DNA of 62,020 nt, taken from an uncultured Pseudomonadales bacterium (GTDB lineage: Bacteria; Patescibacteriota; Microgenomatia; UBA1400; PJMF01). Both the position numbers and the translations under genes were made by a program. The notes beneath the pieces were generated by a model that was not told the DNA's origin, did not search any database, and saw nothing but the letters and a program-made list of their open reading frames with translations. Position 1 is the first letter of the stretch; each line of letters opens with the position of its first letter. This document shows, piece after piece, positions 58,080 to 62,020 of this stretch. The DNA lies in the NCBI GenBank assembly GCA_964432115.1, contig CAYSMC010000024.1, positions 1-62,020 on the forward strand, in the 5' to 3' direction.

Positions 58080-58796
58080 ATGGAGAAAGGGATTGAGCTA
58101 ATTGATCTTAGCTACCAACCTTGGGTTTTTTTGTGGGATTCCAATCAAGAACAAATTATTAATTTTGGTCGGGAAGCTCTAGAGTGGTGGCAACTATATC
58201 GACAAGATTCAGGCAATGAACACTGGCAAGTTATTTATCCGTTTAAATCTGGAATCTTGCAATCTAAGTGGGCGTTGGAACAAGTTTTACAAAATAATTT
58301 TGTGCTAGATCATGAACAATTAAAAAAAGCAAAACACTTACGAGTGGTACTAACGGGAGCGAATACTGATTTAGAGAAAGTGACTATTAAACGTAGTTTT
58401 GCGCAGAATTTTTTAAAACCAGTTAGCATTGTGGATCGAGCTGATTTTTTTAATTCTCATTTGAGAGCTAAACAAGATTTCTCAAAATTAAAATTAATTA
58501 TTGATTTAAACCTAGATTTTGCTGAATTATCTTTATTTTTATTGGATAAAAGATTAAAGATGAAGCACTTGCCTTTAAGCGAAAATCTTGATGAAGCGTT
58601 ATTAATTAAACATCTTAAATCAGCGGTTGATAGTTTTATTTTGAATGTACCCAGTAAGCTTTTTCAAGAAAAATGGCAGTATTTTTATTTTTTTATTCAT
58701 CCTAATATTAAAAATTCTTTGATATTAGATGAATTAAGTCGCCATTTGCAAATGGAAGGTATTCTTAATCAGGAACATCTTGCTGCCTATGTTTAA
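58080..58796 (+). CDS. Degenerate, shortened MreB-like protein
   Basis: IDL, G.EA, IYPFKSGI, T..EK, LIIDL..AELS traces; sits directly upstream of mreC. Confidence 0.55.
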   Translation: MEKGIELIDLSYQPWVFLWDSNQEQIINFGREALEWWQLYRQDSGNEHWQVIYPFKSGILQSKWALEQVLQNNFVLDHEQLKKAKHLRVVLTGANTDLEKVTIKRSFAQNFLKPVSIVDRADFFNSHLRAKQDFSKLKLIIDLNLDFAELSLFLLDKRLKMKHLPLSENLDEALLIKHLKSAVDSFILNVPSKLFQEKWQYFYFFIHPNIKNSLILDELSRHLQMEGILNQEHLAAYV

Positions 58797-59556
58797 TCAT
58801 CAAAAAATTAGTCGTTATTTTTTAGTTATTGTCTTATTAGTGTTTATATTTTTGTTGGATTTTTTAAAACTTTTGGCTTTACCAGGTTTGCGTCGTTTAG
58901 CAATTGATTGGCAAGCGCGCAATTATCAAACAATTTTAACTTTGACTCAACCGGTGACTAAGTTAAAACAATTTTGGCAATTACGTCAAAAACTGGAAGA
59001 TCTTGAATATCGTTATCGAGAAGCTTCGGTACAGTTGACTGAATTGGAGGCTCTGCGTGAAGAAAATCAGGCTCTCAGAGCTCTATTGGGCACGACAGAT
59101 CGAGCTTTAGGGAAAAAACTAGTGACACGACCAATTAGTTCTTTTGCTAAACCAGTATTGGCTGTGGGCAGTGACAGTGGTTTGCAGCCTGGTTCTTTGG
59201 TTTTGGGAGAGGGTAATTTATTGGGCGTGGTTGATAATGTTAATCAACAACAAGCGCGAGTATTATTGCTCAAGAATATGTTGGATCAGGGTGTGGTGGC
59301 GAAAACAGAATCTGGAGTGAAGGGGATAGTCAAAGGAGACGGTAAAAATATTTTATTAACTGAAGTAGCTAGTGAGGAAACTTTAAAATTGCGAGAGAGG
59401 GTGGTAACGGTAGGGCAGACGGGTATTGGTCCAGATATTTTTATTGGCAGAATTGTTAGTCTGAAAGAACTTAATCCAGCCAAGTCAACTCAGCAAGCAA
59501 TTTTGCAACAAGACGTTAATTTTTACGAATTAAGTTTAGTTGAGGTGCAACCATGA
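58789..59556 (+). CDS. mreC: Rod shape-determining protein MreC
   Basis: TM, coiled coil LREENQALRALL, GSDSG, LLGVV, VVT.G..P..IFIG. Confidence 0.88.
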   Translation: MFNHQKISRYFLVIVLLVFIFLLDFLKLLALPGLRRLAIDWQARNYQTILTLTQPVTKLKQFWQLRQKLEDLEYRYREASVQLTELEALREENQALRALLGTTDRALGKKLVTRPISSFAKPVLAVGSDSGLQPGSLVLGEGNLLGVVDNVNQQQARVLLLKNMLDQGVVAKTESGVKGIVKGDGKNILLTEVASEETLKLRERVVTVGQTGIGPDIFIGRIVSLKELNPAKSTQQAILQQDVNFYELSLVEVQP

Positions 59557-59996
59557 TTTATTTAAATTATTTATTGCAAGTTATTTTATTATTGGTTTTA
59601 TTGAGTGTTGAATCAACGTTGGCCTTACCAATTTTTAGCTTGTTTTTTGCTTTTAAACTGCTAGATAAATTAAATCCTAGAGATGATCAAAGTTTTTATT
59701 ATTTAATTTTAGCTTTAGTAGTGTTGAGCATAGTGATAGCTGTTTTTTATCAATTGACTATTACTTTAGCCGTATTGCTAATGTGTAGTTATTATTATTT
59801 GAGAACTTTAGTGGGAAGCAGGGTTTTTATTAAAAGTTTTCAACAGTGGCAATTTTTACAACTCTTATTATTTGCTATTTTACAATTAGTAATCTTTTTT
59901 ACATCAGGTTTAAGCATGAATGTGTTTATGATTGGACAAGGCCTGCTAGTTGTACTTATCTTAATTTTTAAAACGATAATCATTAATAAGTTATGA
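59553..59996 (+). CDS. MreD-like membrane protein
   Basis: Fully hydrophobic; between mreC and PBP2. Confidence 0.55.
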   Translation: MIYLNYLLQVILLLVLLSVESTLALPIFSLFFAFKLLDKLNPRDDQSFYYLILALVVLSIVIAVFYQLTITLAVLLMCSYYYLRTLVGSRVFIKSFQQWQFLQLLLFAILQLVIFFTSGLSMNVFMIGQGLLVVLILIFKTIIINKL

Positions 59997-61843
59997 AAAA
60001 AAACAGTTTTATTAATCGTGATCGCAAGAAATTATTTTGGCTTACAATCTTATTGTTTGTGGTTTTTACTTTGTTATTACTGCGTCTAGCTGATTTACAA
60101 TTAATTCGTGGTCAAGAGTTGGCTCAGTTGGCAGAACAAAATCGTTATTTTGCCAAAACCTATTTAACTGAACGAGCCTTAATTTTTGATCGTTATCAGC
60201 AACCGTTGTTAAAAAATCACCCCAATTATTATTTACTAGCTGATCCTAAGCAACTTTATAGTCAACAAGAATTAATAGATCACGATCAGGCTTTATTTCT
60301 CATGGCAAGTGATAGCGCACAAATTAATCGGGATTTTTCTAGAGTCTATCTTTATCCTCAAGCCCTCGCTCACGTTCTGGGGTATGTAACTGGTGTGACA
60401 GCTGATGATCTAGCCAATAATCAACAATTAAATTTTACTGAACAATTTGGACGAATGGGCTTAGAAGCTTATTTTGATAATCAATTACATTCTAGTGCTG
60501 GTATCAAGATCTATGAAGTTGATGCTTTAGGTAATATGCAACAATTAGTTAGTGAAACCGAGCCTGAAACTGGTGAAAATTTGTTTACTAGTCTTGATCC
60601 CTTTTTATCTGAGGTAGCATACCAAGCCTTAGGTGATAAAAAGGGTGCGGTAGTGATTATGGATGCTCAAACTGGACAAATTCTGACTTTACTGAGTAGT
60701 CCAAGTTTTGATCCAAATTTGTTTGAAGCAGTGCGGATGGCGAATTTATTAGATCAAACTGACAGCGAAGCTCAACAAGAATTAACCAGCTATTTAACCG
60801 ATGATCGGCAATTATTTTTTAATCGAGCAGTGAGTGGAAATTATCCACCTGGATCAGTATTTAAAGTCGTGACTGCTCTGGCTGCCTTAGAAGAAGGAGT
60901 AGTTGATTCATCTACGACGATCCTTGACGAAGGTGTGTTGCAAGTAGGTGACTATCAATATGCTAATTGGTATTACACTCAGTATGGTCGCGTCGAAGGA
61001 GAGATTAATATATCGAAAGCCATTATTCGTAGTAACGACATTTTCTTTTATAAAATTGCTGAATGGCTTGGTCCAGAAAAATTAGCTGACTATGCTCGTT
61101 TGCTAGGTTTAGGTCAAACAACCGGCATTGAATTGAGTAATGAAACTCCTGGCTTAGTACCTGATCCAGCCTGGAAAGAAGAATATTTTGGTGAAAAATG
61201 GTTTTTAGGTAATACTTATCATTATGGCATTGGTCAGGGAGATTTATTGCTTAGTCCTCTGCAAATAGCGAGAGTATTTCAAGCTATTTTTAATCAAGGA
61301 GTAATTTGTCGTCCGACTTTATTAAGTGATGTCCGAGAGTGTTATGATTTAGCTTTTAATCAGGAAAATTTAGATTTACTCAATCAGGCTTTGTTGGGAG
61401 TGACTCAAACAGGAGGAACAGCTTTTCCTTTGTTTGATTATAATCAAAATGTAGCCAGCACTCTTAGTCAACGTTTGGGTGATGAAACTTTTAATGACAT
61501 GATTGCTAGAGAAAAAATTAGAGCGGGGATGATAGCTGGTAAAACTGGTACTTCTGAGTTTGGTGCAGTGAATGAAAGAGGTTATCGAGCCACTCACGCT
61601 TGGTTTTCTAGTGTTGTTGGTCTAAATAAACAGTTAATTCTTGATCATTGGCAGGAATTAGGTATAGACAGTGCTAATGCTGTTCAAAAAACCTGGTTAG
61701 AGGCTTTAAAGAATGATCAATTACCTCAAGAAATAGTGATCACAGTGTTAGTGGAAAGCGATGGTGAAACTATTTATCGAGAGGGTTCGGCTGATGCGGC
61801 ACCGATCGTTAGAGAAATCTTAGCTTGGATGACTGGTTTTTAA
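59993..61843 (+). CDS. mrdA: Penicillin-binding protein 2 (class B transpeptidase)
   Basis: PPGSVFK (SxxK), SND, KTGT, AHVLGY. Confidence 0.92.
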   Translation: MKKNSFINRDRKKLFWLTILLFVVFTLLLLRLADLQLIRGQELAQLAEQNRYFAKTYLTERALIFDRYQQPLLKNHPNYYLLADPKQLYSQQELIDHDQALFLMASDSAQINRDFSRVYLYPQALAHVLGYVTGVTADDLANNQQLNFTEQFGRMGLEAYFDNQLHSSAGIKIYEVDALGNMQQLVSETEPETGENLFTSLDPFLSEVAYQALGDKKGAVVIMDAQTGQILTLLSSPSFDPNLFEAVRMANLLDQTDSEAQQELTSYLTDDRQLFFNRAVSGNYPPGSVFKVVTALAALEEGVVDSSTTILDEGVLQVGDYQYANWYYTQYGRVEGEINISKAIIRSNDIFFYKIAEWLGPEKLADYARLLGLGQTTGIELSNETPGLVPDPAWKEEYFGEKWFLGNTYHYGIGQGDLLLSPLQIARVFQAIFNQGVICRPTLLSDVRECYDLAFNQENLDLLNQALLGVTQTGGTAFPLFDYNQNVASTLSQRLGDETFNDMIAREKIRAGMIAGKTGTSEFGAVNERGYRATHAWFSSVVGLNKQLILDHWQELGIDSANAVQKTWLEALKNDQLPQEIVITVLVESDGETIYREGSADAAPIVREILAWMTGF

Positions 61844-61903
61844 TTTTTTTAGATATTGTTTGAATGTCAAATCTTTGTCAATTGTTTATTTGATAATAAT
61901 TTA

Positions 61904-62020
61904 ATGAAGCAATTTGGCAAAGATCATTTAACAGCACTGTGGTCAGTAACGGGAATAGGGAGACAAAGTTATCAGCGCTGTTTACTTGCGCAAAAAAAAG
62001 CGCAAATTAGTGACGAGGAT
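61904..62020 (+). CDS. 5' end of a truncated gene, possibly DprA
   Basis: MKQFGKDHLTALWSVTGIGRQSYQR resembles the HhH/SAM-like N-terminus of DprA; runs off window. Confidence 0.35.
   Translation, partial: MKQFGKDHLTALWSVTGIGRQSYQRCLLAQKKAQISDED

Noticed and set aside
904-61597. Numerous short ORFs antisense to or nested in long genes (e.g. 16663-17043, 7007-7516, 22271-22627, 40828-41211)
   Set aside because: Shadow ORFs of well-supported genes with no recognisable motifs.

Overview
AT-rich bacterial chromosomal segment (standard code; TGA acts as stop). Gene content points to Patescibacteria/CPR, Microgenomates-like (inference): DUF2341-LamG, PEGA, cohesin/dockerin-like and BldC-like HTH proteins, and many apparently leaderless genes. 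Housekeeping content includes a MacB/FtsX-type ABC transporter, murD, murF, two divergent mreB-like genes, mreC, an mreD-like gene, PBP2, rplL/rplJ/rplA/rplK, nusG, secE, rpmG, rpmB, thrS, a galU-like gene, fmt, def, an ECF sigma/anti-sigma pair and six tRNAs. The standout is a ~6.5 kb array directly downstream of tRNA-Trp (32090-38668). It starts with a structured ~200-bp unit ending in a copy of the tRNA 3' end. Eight units of one or two small accessory genes follow, delimited by a co-oriented ~33-bp repeat (core AAGTTCCAACATC) that resembles the tRNA-Trp 3' end. On the minus strand the repeat reads as a conserved peptide (xQGLVKDVGTYF). No recombinase is present in the window, so this is a candidate tRNA-anchored, integron-like cassette system. 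Other highlights are a Thr/Ile-rich leader-peptide attenuator upstream of thrS and a 6S-like rod-shaped RNA candidate.
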